From assembly GCA_052390235.1 (NCBI GenBank), contig JBQTHB010000002.1, forward strand, positions 1-64,000: a stretch of 64,000 nt of DNA. Direction: 5' to 3'. Shown here in pieces: positions 1-9,476 of the stretch. Source of the stretch: Deltaproteobacteria bacterium (GTDB taxonomy: Bacteria > Desulfobacterota_D > UBA1144 > Nemesobacterales > CSP1-2). Under the pieces are notes generated by a model. It saw only the letters and a program-made list of their open reading frames with translations, was not told where the DNA came from and ran no database searches. Each line of letters opens with the position of its first letter. Within the stretch, counting starts at the first letter, position 1. Both the position numbers and the translations under genes were made by a program.

Positions 1-534
1 GTTCACGTCTGCGCCGGCGTAGGCAAGGGCCGTGTCCATCATCGTGAGTGTGCCGTCATTGGGGTTGAGCCTCAGGTTCTGCTCGGTGTTGCTGGTAACG
101 CGGATTCTGTCCGGCACGGGGTTGAAATCAAACCCGAACGAAGTTCCCGCGAGCGTGAAAGCCCCTGCCGCTCCAACCTGGGTTACAGTTCCCGTTGGGA
201 TGTTGATGAGATATAGGCGGTTCGTGCTTCCAATACCGTAGAGCTGGCCCGTTGCTGGGCGGAAATCTATGCCTACAAGCGATTCGCGGGGCTGAAGCCC
301 TTGGAGAAAGGTCGTTCCCAGTATCGTGCCGGGCGAAGAGCTGTCGAACCTCAATAAAATATTTCCGGGGGCGGCTATGGCAAAGACTGTAACAGTCGAG
401 GCTCCATTATTGGCCAAGGCTATATTAGAGCCGAAAGCCCCGCTCACTAAAATCCCGAGAGCGGCTACAAGGGGCAGGAAGAGCTTTCCTGCGGAAGCGA
501 AGAGCTGAAACGCCAAATTGCGAACTGTTCTCAT
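1..534 (-). CDS. Exported DUF4394-like protein (partial, runs off the window start)
   Basis: Not in the ORF track. ATG at 534 with AGGAGG RBS at 543-548 (minus). Translation MRTVRNLAF...VGIDFRPATGQLYG...FGFDFNPVPDRIRV...NLRLNP, with an N-terminal hydrophobic segment. Confidence 0.8.
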   Translation of the reverse strand, partial: MRTVRNLAFQLFASAGKLFLPLVAALGILVSGAFGSNIALANNGASTVTVFAIAAPGNILLRFDSSSPGTILGTTFLQGLQPRESLVGIDFRPATGQLYGIGSTNRLYLINIPTGTVTQVGAAGAFTLAGTSFGFDFNPVPDRIRVTSNTEQNLRLNPNDGTLTMMDTALAYAGADVN

Positions 535-827
535 GGTTACTACCTCCTGATGGGTTATTTGCTAGCGGCCGAGTGAGCCGCACTTTATAGACGAACTATA
601 GACTTCTAAAACTATATTACAATAAAAATAGCTGAAATTCTCCGCCAGAGTTGCGGCCTAGCTCTTTTAATCGTTATGATAAGATATTAATATCTATATA
701 TCAGCTTCAATAGCTCATACGAATCGCCGTCAAATTTCAGATGAAGATTCTCCGCCGCCCCATCGGGATAGGATAGAGGCTTATAATTGAATCTGCTTGA
801 AAGTTTAGTATCCTGACTCCGAGCTAT

Positions 828-1613
828 ATGGACAAAAAAACTCTAAGCAACGAAGACGCGTCCTTTATTCAGAGCATCTGCACGAGGAGCTTTGAAAGAG
901 AAAGCGAGCTTGCAAATGACTGTTTCCTATACATCTGGGAGAAGCTCCACGAGGACGGCTCGAGAAGGATAAACGCATTCAGGGGGGACTCCAGTTTCCG
1001 CACCTTTCTCTACAGCGTAGCGAGCAAGCTCGTAATTGATTTCCGCCGCTCGCGATTCGGCTACAGGGTGCTTCCCAAGTATTTCGCCGAGTTCGATGAA
1101 ATAAACCGCCGCGTTTTTAAATTGTTTATCTATCACAGGCTCGCCTCTGGCTGGATAGAGAACTCCATCTTGGCGGAGTTTAGGCTTTCCAGAGCCGAAG
1201 CCCAGAGGCGTGTCGAGGAGGTCGAAAATAGAATCCGCGAGAGCCGGGTGAGGTTTGACAACCCCCGCAATACCGAGCCGATATTCTTGCAAGAGTCCTC
1301 AGACACCGCGTTTGTGGATGGAAACGCCACCCCTGAGCAGAGGATTCTCAACGCTGAGCTCGAACGCAAGAGGGATAAAGTCGCCGACGCAGTAAATCAA
1401 AAACTAGACACGCTCGACCCTCAGGACGTTCTAATGCTCCGCCTATATTTCGAGCAGGGAATGAGCGCGAAGGAAATCTCGGCGGCTCTGCCCGGGGTTA
1501 GGGACAAAACCGTCTATAAGAGAGTGGAATTAACGCTGAGGCGACTGAGGAAACACCTCATAGACTGCGGAATCACCGACGAGGATATTAGGGAAATATT
1601 CGAGAGCATATAA
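828..1613 (+). CDS. ECF-type sigma-70 family RNA polymerase sigma factor
   Basis: Region 2-like FRGDSSFRTFLYSVASKLVIDFRR; region 4 HTH LDPQDVLMLRLYFEQGMSAKEIS...TVYKRVELTLRRLR. Confidence 0.85.
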   Translation: MDKKTLSNEDASFIQSICTRSFERESELANDCFLYIWEKLHEDGSRRINAFRGDSSFRTFLYSVASKLVIDFRRSRFGYRVLPKYFAEFDEINRRVFKLFIYHRLASGWIENSILAEFRLSRAEAQRRVEEVENRIRESRVRFDNPRNTEPIFLQESSDTAFVDGNATPEQRILNAELERKRDKVADAVNQKLDTLDPQDVLMLRLYFEQGMSAKEISAALPGVRDKTVYKRVELTLRRLRKHLIDCGITDEDIREIFESI

Positions 1614-1648
1614 AAAAAGACACCCGATGCGGATGCGTAAAGCCCCTG

Positions 1649-2254
1649 TTATTCCGGCTTTATTTTAAGCAATCCGTCGCTGTATAGGATGAGAATTAAA
1701 TTCCCCGCCGCATCGCCCAACAACTGAGCCGGCTCTTCAATTGCTATCTGCGTGATTTCAGCCCCCTGCGGGAGCGCACCGGCAAGGGCGGATTTTATCC
1801 GGGCTTCGTCTCCATCCCTTATGATTTCGAGTAGCTCAGGGGTTAGAGCCATCTGTTTTACGGCGATGAGCTGTCCCCCCCTGACGACCTCTGCGCCCTC
1901 GTCTGCAATGAAATTTGGGAATTCGATATACACGCCGAAGCCGAGCGCGACGATTATCGCAGCCGTTACAGCGGCTGGGGTAATTGCGGAGGCGTTCCAA
2001 ACTGAGGCAAATACCTTTCTCAAGCCGCTTTCCTTGGTCTCAAACCCCTGTATTCCAATTGGGATTGACAGGCGCTCCCTGCAGTCCCTACAGGAGGCAA
2101 AATGAGACACCAGAGCGTTCCTCCTGCCTCCATCGAGCCGTTGCTCCATATAAAGCGCGAATTCTTCATCGCCGGGGCATGGGGTTTTAACCTCTGCGCA
2201 GATTAGGGAATTTATAACCGCTCCAAGCCGGGTTTCCTCTCTTTCAAATTTCAT
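1649..2254 (-). CDS. Putative membrane-anchored zinc-finger (zf-HC2/ZAS) anti-sigma factor
   Basis: CP..EEFALY...HFASCRDC (HxxxCxxC), one TM helix (AAVTAAIIVALGFGVYI), C-terminal extracytoplasmic domain; adjacent to the ECF sigma. Confidence 0.75.
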   Translation of the reverse strand: MKFEREETRLGAVINSLICAEVKTPCPGDEEFALYMEQRLDGGRRNALVSHFASCRDCRERLSIPIGIQGFETKESGLRKVFASVWNASAITPAAVTAAIIVALGFGVYIEFPNFIADEGAEVVRGGQLIAVKQMALTPELLEIIRDGDEARIKSALAGALPQGAEITQIAIEEPAQLLGDAAGNLILILYSDGLLKIKPE

Positions 2255-2300
2255 TGTCTCTCCATAAAATTTAATCGCCCCAAGCCACTTATGCTATGAA

Positions 2301-2327
2301 TTAGACGAAAAACCAAGGCGATTTTCC
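2301..2327 (-). promoter_or_regulatory. Candidate ECF-type promoter GGAAAAT-N13-CGTCTAA upstream of the anti-sigma gene
   Basis: Minus strand reads ggaaaatcgccttggtttttcgtctaa; a similar motif lies at 7582-7609. Confidence 0.45.
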
Positions 2328-2331
2328 TCCC

Positions 2332-5106
2332 CTACCTCCAAGCCCCCAAAAGCACAAACGGCGCCCAGTAAAACGGCTGTCCGTATTTATCTGCCCTTCT
2401 GAGCATCTCGATTTGGGCTTTCCTCAGCGCTTCGTAGTCCCCTCCGGCGCGCCTCGATTTCAAATTCCCGTAGAAATCCCTCATCACCTCAAACGTCGCC
2501 CTGTCGTCCACTCTCCACAGCGTGGCAATGACCGAAGGCGCTCCAGCCGCGCTGAATGCCGCCGCTATGCTGTTTAGCTCCGCCCCAGTCGGATTGGCTT
2601 CGTTCTCGTCTATCGCCGCCTCGCAAGCCGAAAGCACTACTAGCTTTGTCCGCTCCGCAGGGGCAAGCCCGGCGATGTCTGAGAGCGTGAGGCTTCCCGA
2701 CCCCAAAGGGGCGAGCAGAATCGAAGGCTCGTCCTGAATCAGCCCGTGGGCGGCGAGATGAATAATTTCGTGTTTCCCCCAACTCTGCCGGAAGTTGTCT
2801 TTTGTAGCCTCTTTCTTAATAAACACTGAGGCGCTCGGAAACTCTCTTTTTATGGACAAAACCTCCTGCTCGGAGTACGGAAGCGCTAAATCCGGCTCTC
2901 CTAAGTCGGGATTGCCGAACGCGGCTACTGCGTCCAACTCGGCATTGCCGGAGGCAGTCGCTATCGAACCTAAATGCTCAGCCGACGCCGACACGAGATA
3001 GACGACACTCTTTGTCTCGATGAGGAATTCAATCCTCCCCCTCCCGGATTCTCTCCCAAGCGCGTGGAAAGGCAGATAGTGAAGCGAGCCGAAGGGGATA
3101 ACGGCGACCGTATCGGCATCGGCGATTTCCTCCTCCACAGGAGCTATTAAATATTTGTAGAGGAGCACTGATACCTGCGCCAATTTGGACTCGCCCTCCA
3201 ATCCGCCGGTCGGAGCGAACCGCTCATGGCGAATCAGCCATCTGAAGCGCGATACCAGAGAATTGAGTTCCGCCTTGGTTATCGAGACTTCTTTTACAGA
3301 CGCGTGCCGGTTATCAATGAGGAAAACGTAGGTCGCATTGTCCGTAACGAAGTACTCTATAAAAACAGTTTTTGGAGGGATTTTTTTCATATCCAGAGCG
3401 AGAAAACTCCCCGGATTTATGCTCAGTAGCCTGTATATTTGAGGGAATTCAGATTTAAGGCGTGCGGCGGCGGTTTTGAACTCGGCTCTGGTGTCGGCGA
3501 GGGTTTTGGCGATATTGCCAATCTTCTCAAGGCTCGGATAGTCCTTTGAGTTCTCTTTGAGAAGCTCCACGCTGAGGGACGCCTCTTTGCGCGAGAGATT
3601 ATTATACGCGCCGGCTAGCCCCCTTGTTCGTTCATCTAAACCCTCGATGCCGCCTTTGAGGAAATTGTCTCTTAGGATTTTTGATTTGCTCCTCTCGATA
3701 TACTCAAGGGCTTCGAGGGTTTTCCCGCGCCGAATTAGAAGGGATACCAGCCTCTCATAGGTTTTAATGTTCGCATCGGTAAAGAAGTTGCGGGCGTCGC
3801 TTCCTCCGGCAACGTCTTCGCGCACCGACTCCAGCGCTTCCACGGCTTCTGCGTATCCCGCCTCGGCTGAGTCCAAATCCCCGCCGCCTTCGTATGACTC
3901 GCCCTGCCCGAGGAGCGATGCCGCAAGCCACTCGCGGTCTCCGAGTTCTCGGTAAATTGCCGAGGCTTTGGCGAAACTCTCCGCCGCTCCGCTCCAGTTC
4001 TTCTCTCCCATCTGGGCGTTGCCGATGTTGCCCAGGCTACGCGCGGCGCCGTGCCTGAATCCTATCTCTTGCGATAGCGTCTGAGAGAGCCTAAAAAGGC
4101 GAGTGGCTTCCTCAGCGTCTCCTTGCGCTAATCTGACTTCGCCGATGTAGCCCAGGGCGACGGCTTGGGCGAGCTTATTGCCCGCGCGCTCGGCGACCCC
4201 AAGGGATTCATTAAAATACCGGAGAGCCTCGTCGAGCCGCCCCATGCTCCTGTGCGCTTCTCCGATGCTTGCGATGGTGAGGGCGGTTTTCCCCTCATCG
4301 CCCTGGAATTCGTTGATTTCGCGCGCCCTTTGGTAGTTGTCAATGGCTTCGGGGAGTTTGCCCTGCTCGCGATAGACGGATGCGGTGAGGGCTAGGGCGT
4401 CTGCGGTGAGAGCGGCGTCGAGGGCGGCGTTGGATGCGTCGAGGGCGCTCTTGAGGGTTTCTATGGATTTTTTATAGTTTCTCTGATTATGATAAATTGC
4501 GCCGAGGTTTATGAGGGTTTTTGCCTTCTGCGCGGGGTCGTTGATTTCATCGGCGATGGATAGGTATCCGGCGAGTAGCGCCTCTGCCTCTCTGTATCTG
4601 CCTAGGTAGGATAGCAAATTGGCGGCGTTATTTAAATTGTGCGCCTCCCCTGATTTATCGTACTCCCTCTGGATGGCGATGGCTTGGTTGAAATAGCCTA
4701 GGGCGTCTTCGTACCTGCCGATGTCCGAGTGGATTTTCCCGATATAGCTCAGGTTCGCGGCGGCGGCTTTTTCGGCCTTGATGGTTTTATTGATTTCAAG
4801 GGCTTTTTGGTAGTAATCGAGGGCGGCTCGGTTGTTATTTTTCTGGATAAGACCGAACCCTCCGGCGGCGATTATCTCGGCGATTTTCCCTTTGTCCTCT
4901 GGGGAGAGGGATTTCGCTTCGCCCTCGGATAATTTCTCCAGCGCCTCGGCGTATCTCCCTCCGTCGTAGAGCTTGACTGCCCGCCGAATATGCGCCGCAG
5001 AGGTCTGGTCTTGGATTTTAACGTCCTGCTTTGCTCCAACGGCGCACCCCAACGTCCACAGGGTTAGAGCTATTAAGAGCGCTAAGGCGCGGCGAGGTAT
5101 CTGCAT
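2332..5106 (-). CDS. Lipoprotein TPR-CHAT (caspase/separase-like) protease
   Basis: Lipobox LWTLGC, about 9-10 TPR repeats, CHAT catalytic motifs IIHLAAHG and VVLSACEA, C-terminal PFYWAPFVLLG. Confidence 0.93.
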   Translation of the reverse strand: MQIPRRALALLIALTLWTLGCAVGAKQDVKIQDQTSAAHIRRAVKLYDGGRYAEALEKLSEGEAKSLSPEDKGKIAEIIAAGGFGLIQKNNNRAALDYYQKALEINKTIKAEKAAAANLSYIGKIHSDIGRYEDALGYFNQAIAIQREYDKSGEAHNLNNAANLLSYLGRYREAEALLAGYLSIADEINDPAQKAKTLINLGAIYHNQRNYKKSIETLKSALDASNAALDAALTADALALTASVYREQGKLPEAIDNYQRAREINEFQGDEGKTALTIASIGEAHRSMGRLDEALRYFNESLGVAERAGNKLAQAVALGYIGEVRLAQGDAEEATRLFRLSQTLSQEIGFRHGAARSLGNIGNAQMGEKNWSGAAESFAKASAIYRELGDREWLAASLLGQGESYEGGGDLDSAEAGYAEAVEALESVREDVAGGSDARNFFTDANIKTYERLVSLLIRRGKTLEALEYIERSKSKILRDNFLKGGIEGLDERTRGLAGAYNNLSRKEASLSVELLKENSKDYPSLEKIGNIAKTLADTRAEFKTAAARLKSEFPQIYRLLSINPGSFLALDMKKIPPKTVFIEYFVTDNATYVFLIDNRHASVKEVSITKAELNSLVSRFRWLIRHERFAPTGGLEGESKLAQVSVLLYKYLIAPVEEEIADADTVAVIPFGSLHYLPFHALGRESGRGRIEFLIETKSVVYLVSASAEHLGSIATASGNAELDAVAAFGNPDLGEPDLALPYSEQEVLSIKREFPSASVFIKKEATKDNFRQSWGKHEIIHLAAHGLIQDEPSILLAPLGSGSLTLSDIAGLAPAERTKLVVLSACEAAIDENEANPTGAELNSIAAAFSAAGAPSVIATLWRVDDRATFEVMRDFYGNLKSRRAGGDYEALRKAQIEMLRRADKYGQPFYWAPFVLLGAWR

Positions 5107-5114
5107 CTTTTCAC

Positions 5115-7418
5115 CTACTCGAAACTCTCGGCTCTGACATCTACCGATACTATTACCACCCCTGCGGCGATGTCTATGACCGAGACGCTTCCGCTAACGG
5201 AATTCGCCGTGTAAGCCTTAGCCCCGTCCGGCGTTACGGCTACGTCTATCGGGCCCCGTCCGACCTCAAGGGTTGCGGCTACGCTCTCATCAGCGGCGTT
5301 TATCACTGACACGCTCGCGCTAAAGAAATTGGGAACTACTATCACCCCCCCGTCGGGCGTTGCGGCTAGGTCAAGGGGTCTTGAGCCTACGCGGATTCTA
5401 CTGACCACGGTGTTTGTCTCCACGCTCACTACAGACACGCTACTTCCCGTTTCGAGGAAGAAGGATTTATCGCCTGGGCTTGCGACAAAAATCCTCGATG
5501 GCGTGATTTCGATGAATCCGGGCCCTGGTCCCACGCCCTCTACCGTGGCAGTAACCTCGTCCGTCGCCGCGTCAATTACAGAGAGCGAGTTGCTCAGGAA
5601 ATTGGCGGTATAAACCCTGGTTCCATCCCCGCTTATAGCCAAATCAAGGGGGCGCAGTCCCACGGTTATCGTGGCTTCCACTGTGTTTGTCGAGGCGGCG
5701 ATTACCGAAACCGTGTTGTCGGGGACGGCGTTTGTGCCGAGATTCGACACATAGATTTTCCCCCCGTCCGGGGTGATTGCGGCGCGTATCGGGCGAATTC
5801 CGACCGGGATGACGGCTATGACAGCATCCGTAGCCACATCAATTGCCAAAACGCTGTTGCTTGAGAAATTAACACAGTACAGAGTCCCCCCGTCGGGTGA
5901 GATGGCCAAATCCACCGGACGAATTCCGACTGGGATGACGGCAGAGACCTCGTCCGTAGCCACGTCGATTACCGAAATTGTGTTCTCCGCTTGGTTCGCA
6001 GCGTAAATTTTTGCCCCATCGGGAGTTGCGGCGAGGCTTACCGGGCGCTCTCCCACGGGGATTTCGGCAACTAGGTTGTCAGTGGCTGAATCTATGACGG
6101 ATACGGTGTTTATGCCGGAGTTGGCTGTATAGACTTTCGCTCCGTCGGGGGTTAGGGCGATGTTAGCCGGGCCCGGGCCTCGTATCGGAATCCTGCCAAC
6201 GACCCGGTCAACCGAGGTGTCTATTACCGAGACCGTATCGGGGCTTGCCACATACACTCGTAAACTATCGGGGGAGATAAAAACCGCCACGGGCCTATCT
6301 TCGACGGCGATAGTTTCTGTAACCTGATTAGCGGCCGTTGCCACTACGGATACCACTCCCGGATTGGAACTGCCGGAATTCACAGCGTAGAGCTTGGCGC
6401 TATCCCCAGTAATGACAATTCCGAGCGGAGCAAGCCCTACATTTATTGTGGCGGCGAGGGCGTTAGCGGATACGTCAATGACCGAAAGCGTGCTTCCGGG
6501 CTGAGCGCTACTTCCCGAATTCGCCACGTAAGCGCTTGCGCCGTCGGGCGATATGGCGATGTTGATTGGGCCCACGCCTACAGGAATCATGCCGATGGTC
6601 TGGTTGTTTATGCCGGATATTACTGATACAGAGTTGCCGAGGGCGTTTGCTACGAATACTTTTTCGCCGTCAGGGGTTACGGCTACAGCCGCGGGCAAAA
6701 GCCCTACGACCGCAAAGGCAATGAGCGTGTCCGCGCGCCCGTCAATAATTGATACCGTGGTTCCGGGGGTTGCCTGGGCGCCCGAATTGACCGCATAGAC
6801 CTTTGCGCCGTCCGGGGAGATGGCTACATTTGTGGGCCCTTCGCCAACCGGTATAACGGCTATCACCTGGTTTATTGGCGTGCCGATAACTGACACGGAG
6901 TTGCCGACAGTATTTGCCACATAAGCCTTAGAACCGTCGGGCGATATGGCGATTCCGGCGGGACTCAACCCTACGACTATAGTGGCGACGACCCTATCCG
7001 AGGCGGTATCAATCACGGATACGGTTCTGCCGGGGTTTTGAGGGGAGCCTGAATTAACTACAAAGACTCTCCCCCCGTCAGGGGTTATCGCGATGTTAGA
7101 GGGTCCCCCCTCGACATCTAAAATAGCGGATACCTCGTTGGTCAGGGTATTGACCACCGAGACGCTATTATTCAGCCTGTCGGTGGCGTAGAATTTTGAG
7201 CCGTCTCTCGTGATGGCTACGGCTTGAATACTGGCGTCGAACCGCAGAATCAGAGCGGGCCCGGGAATAATTATAGGAGCAATTATCGGAAGCACATTGG
7301 AAGCGACGCCTAGCAATCCGAGCAGCGTAGAGACGGCGCAGGAGCAGAGGGCGAGGCACAGGACGCCGAATCTCTTCGGAGTCAACCACGACGCCGGCTC
7401 GGATGAGGATTTATTCAT
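5115..7418 (-). CDS. Exported YVTN/YncE-type beta-propeller repeat protein (about 16 blades)
   Basis: 16 repeats of GxxP..IAI(T/S)PDGxKxYVxN..NxVSVID; N-terminal hydrophobic segment with a possible lipobox LCSC. Confidence 0.9.
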   Translation of the reverse strand: MNKSSSEPASWLTPKRFGVLCLALCSCAVSTLLGLLGVASNVLPIIAPIIIPGPALILRFDASIQAVAITRDGSKFYATDRLNNSVSVVNTLTNEVSAILDVEGGPSNIAITPDGGRVFVVNSGSPQNPGRTVSVIDTASDRVVATIVVGLSPAGIAISPDGSKAYVANTVGNSVSVIGTPINQVIAVIPVGEGPTNVAISPDGAKVYAVNSGAQATPGTTVSIIDGRADTLIAFAVVGLLPAAVAVTPDGEKVFVANALGNSVSVISGINNQTIGMIPVGVGPINIAISPDGASAYVANSGSSAQPGSTLSVIDVSANALAATINVGLAPLGIVITGDSAKLYAVNSGSSNPGVVSVVATAANQVTETIAVEDRPVAVFISPDSLRVYVASPDTVSVIDTSVDRVVGRIPIRGPGPANIALTPDGAKVYTANSGINTVSVIDSATDNLVAEIPVGERPVSLAATPDGAKIYAANQAENTISVIDVATDEVSAVIPVGIRPVDLAISPDGGTLYCVNFSSNSVLAIDVATDAVIAVIPVGIRPIRAAITPDGGKIYVSNLGTNAVPDNTVSVIAASTNTVEATITVGLRPLDLAISGDGTRVYTANFLSNSLSVIDAATDEVTATVEGVGPGPGFIEITPSRIFVASPGDKSFFLETGSSVSVVSVETNTVVSRIRVGSRPLDLAATPDGGVIVVPNFFSASVSVINAADESVAATLEVGRGPIDVAVTPDGAKAYTANSVSGSVSVIDIAAGVVIVSVDVRAESFE

Positions 7419-7581
7419 GAGGGCGCGACCTTCTGCGGTGAACTATCATAGCAGCACTCCTATCATAACACTATCCGCGCTCTAGGGATATGCCCCGGGC
7501 CGGATAACCCCCGCTCGCAATCGCCCGGGGACGGATTCCTGCCGAGGCATCTACTACGAAACTAATATGCGCAGACTACAG

Positions 7582-7609
7582 TTAGACGAAAAGTCCCGTA
7601 AAGTTTGCC
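7582..7609 (-). promoter_or_regulatory. Candidate ECF-type promoter GGCAAAC-N14-CGTCTAA upstream of the propeller-CHAT operon
   Basis: Minus strand reads ggcaaactttacgggacttttcgtctaa; shares TTTTCGTCTAA with 2301-2311. Confidence 0.45.
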
Positions 7610-7721
7610 GGGTCTGCCTACCGCGCCCGGATTTTAGCTTTACACGGGCGGCTCGCGGGGCTAACCTTAGAGGTAAATCCCTGCGCTTTGGAGAATTCTG
7701 GGGAGAAATTAAGGAGAAATA

Positions 7722-9422
7722 ATGCGAGCTAAAATTCTATCTGCCTTACTAATGTCCATCCTGATTCCCGCTCACCTGGCGCTCTCTGACCCGCTGACGA
7801 GCGATAGAGGCGATATGCCGGTTATCGCCGCCATGGAAGCCGAACTCCTGCGCTCATCAAAGAAGCTCAGGCTCGAAGGATATGAAAATCCCTATTTTAT
7901 CAGCTATCAAATCAAAGATAACTCCTACTACTCGGTCAAAGGGAAATTCGGCGCCATCGTAACCTCCGACGGCAACCGCACGAGGCGGCTTTTCGTTGAT
8001 GTCCGCGTGGGCGACTATGAATTTGATAACTCGATAATGGGAAAATCGGGCGGCAGAGTTCCTTTTTTCGACGCCTCCTACGCCCCTCTCGGCAACGATG
8101 ATGAGGCTATAAGGACGGCTCTTTGGCAGGTAACCGACTACGCCTATAAACAGGCTCTGACCCAATACCTCAATAAGAAGGCGAGTTTCGTAGAGAAAGC
8201 CAAAAAAGCCGCCGCCGCGAGCTTCTCCGCCGAGCTTCCCTATGTTCAATTCGACAATGAGCTGAACCTCGTGTTCGATGCCGAGGACTGGGAGGCGAGA
8301 ATCCGCGAAATCTCGGCGGTTTTCAAAGACTACGGCGATTTAATTGACGCAAGTGTCGGCATCACGGCCCAAAAAGAGACCACTTACTTCGTCAACACCG
8401 AAGGGGCGCGCCAAATCCGGGACGAGATTCTCTACTCCATAGACTCCCAAGTGTTGACCAGGGCTGAGGACGGAAGCCCGATAAAGAACTATAGAAACCT
8501 CTACTATCTATCCCCCCAGGACGTGCCTTCGGTTGAAGCGATAAAATCTAAAGTGCGGCGGCTCGTGGAAGAGACCCTTAGCATCAGGCAGGCTGAGGTC
8601 ATATCCCCGGTGAATGTTCCCGCGATACTTGAACCTGAGGCGGCGGGAGTGGTATTTCACGAAGCCGTGGGACACAGGCTCGAAGGGGAGCGACAGATTG
8701 ACGACAAAGAGGGGCAGACCTTTAAAGAGCGCGTCGGGGAGATAATAATTCCGCCCTTTCTCTCGATAGTTGACGACCCCACGATGAGGAGATTCAACGA
8801 AACCGGTCTTATGGGGTACTACTCCTTCGACGACCAGGGGATTCCGGGGCAGAGAACTATTCTCGTTGAAAATGGGGTGCTGAGGAATTTTCTACTCTCC
8901 AGAACGCCGATAGAGGGCTTTAATAAATCCAACGGACACGGCAGGGCGTCAGTCGGGCGCGCGCCTATGGCGAGGATGAGCAATTTGACCATAACATCCA
9001 ATAGGCAGCGCGCGAAGGGGAAACTCAAGGAACTGCTGATTGAGGAAATAAAGCGGCAGAAAAAACCATTTGGACTCATAATCAAGCGTATGCAAGGGGG
9101 CGAAACCAACACCTCTTCGTACGATTTTCAAGCCTTCAAAGCCACCCCTCTTCTAGTTTATAAGGTTGACCCCAAGACCGGAGAGGAGATACTCGTAAGA
9201 GGGGTAGAGGTGGTTGGCACTCCGCTGGTAACTATAAATAAAATCATCGCAACCGGCGACGACTATTCGATTTTCAACGGCTTCTGCGGGGCGGAATCCG
9301 GTTATGTGCCGGTGTCAACCGTAGCCCCCAGCGTGCTGATTTCGGAAATCGAACTCCAGAGAATCTCGGACGGAAAAGAGAAGCTCCCCATACTTGCCCC
9401 GCCCTACCTCGGCGCGGAGTGA
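7722..9422 (+). CDS. tldD: TldD/PmbA family metalloprotease with signal peptide
   Basis: FHEAVGH (HExxxH), FDDQG, NGHGRA, RMSNL, GFCGAESG; AAGGAG RBS. Confidence 0.85.
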   Translation: MRAKILSALLMSILIPAHLALSDPLTSDRGDMPVIAAMEAELLRSSKKLRLEGYENPYFISYQIKDNSYYSVKGKFGAIVTSDGNRTRRLFVDVRVGDYEFDNSIMGKSGGRVPFFDASYAPLGNDDEAIRTALWQVTDYAYKQALTQYLNKKASFVEKAKKAAAASFSAELPYVQFDNELNLVFDAEDWEARIREISAVFKDYGDLIDASVGITAQKETTYFVNTEGARQIRDEILYSIDSQVLTRAEDGSPIKNYRNLYYLSPQDVPSVEAIKSKVRRLVEETLSIRQAEVISPVNVPAILEPEAAGVVFHEAVGHRLEGERQIDDKEGQTFKERVGEIIIPPFLSIVDDPTMRRFNETGLMGYYSFDDQGIPGQRTILVENGVLRNFLLSRTPIEGFNKSNGHGRASVGRAPMARMSNLTITSNRQRAKGKLKELLIEEIKRQKKPFGLIIKRMQGGETNTSSYDFQAFKATPLLVYKVDPKTGEEILVRGVEVVGTPLVTINKIIATGDDYSIFNGFCGAESGYVPVSTVAPSVLISEIELQRISDGKEKLPILAPPYLGAE

Positions 9423-9476
9423 TGGGTCATTAATATATACGCGCTCGGCAGATGCGGACGGCTGAGTGGAATCTTA

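Noticed and set aside
2332..5106. Type III-E CRISPR-associated Csx29 or a cytoplasmic defence caspase
   Set aside because: No Cas7-11 or array in the window, and the protein carries a lipoprotein signal.
7581..7587. GTTAGAC as an integron attC core site
   Set aside because: No inverse core or attC hairpin and no integrase; better explained as the opposite strand of the ECF -10 candidate.
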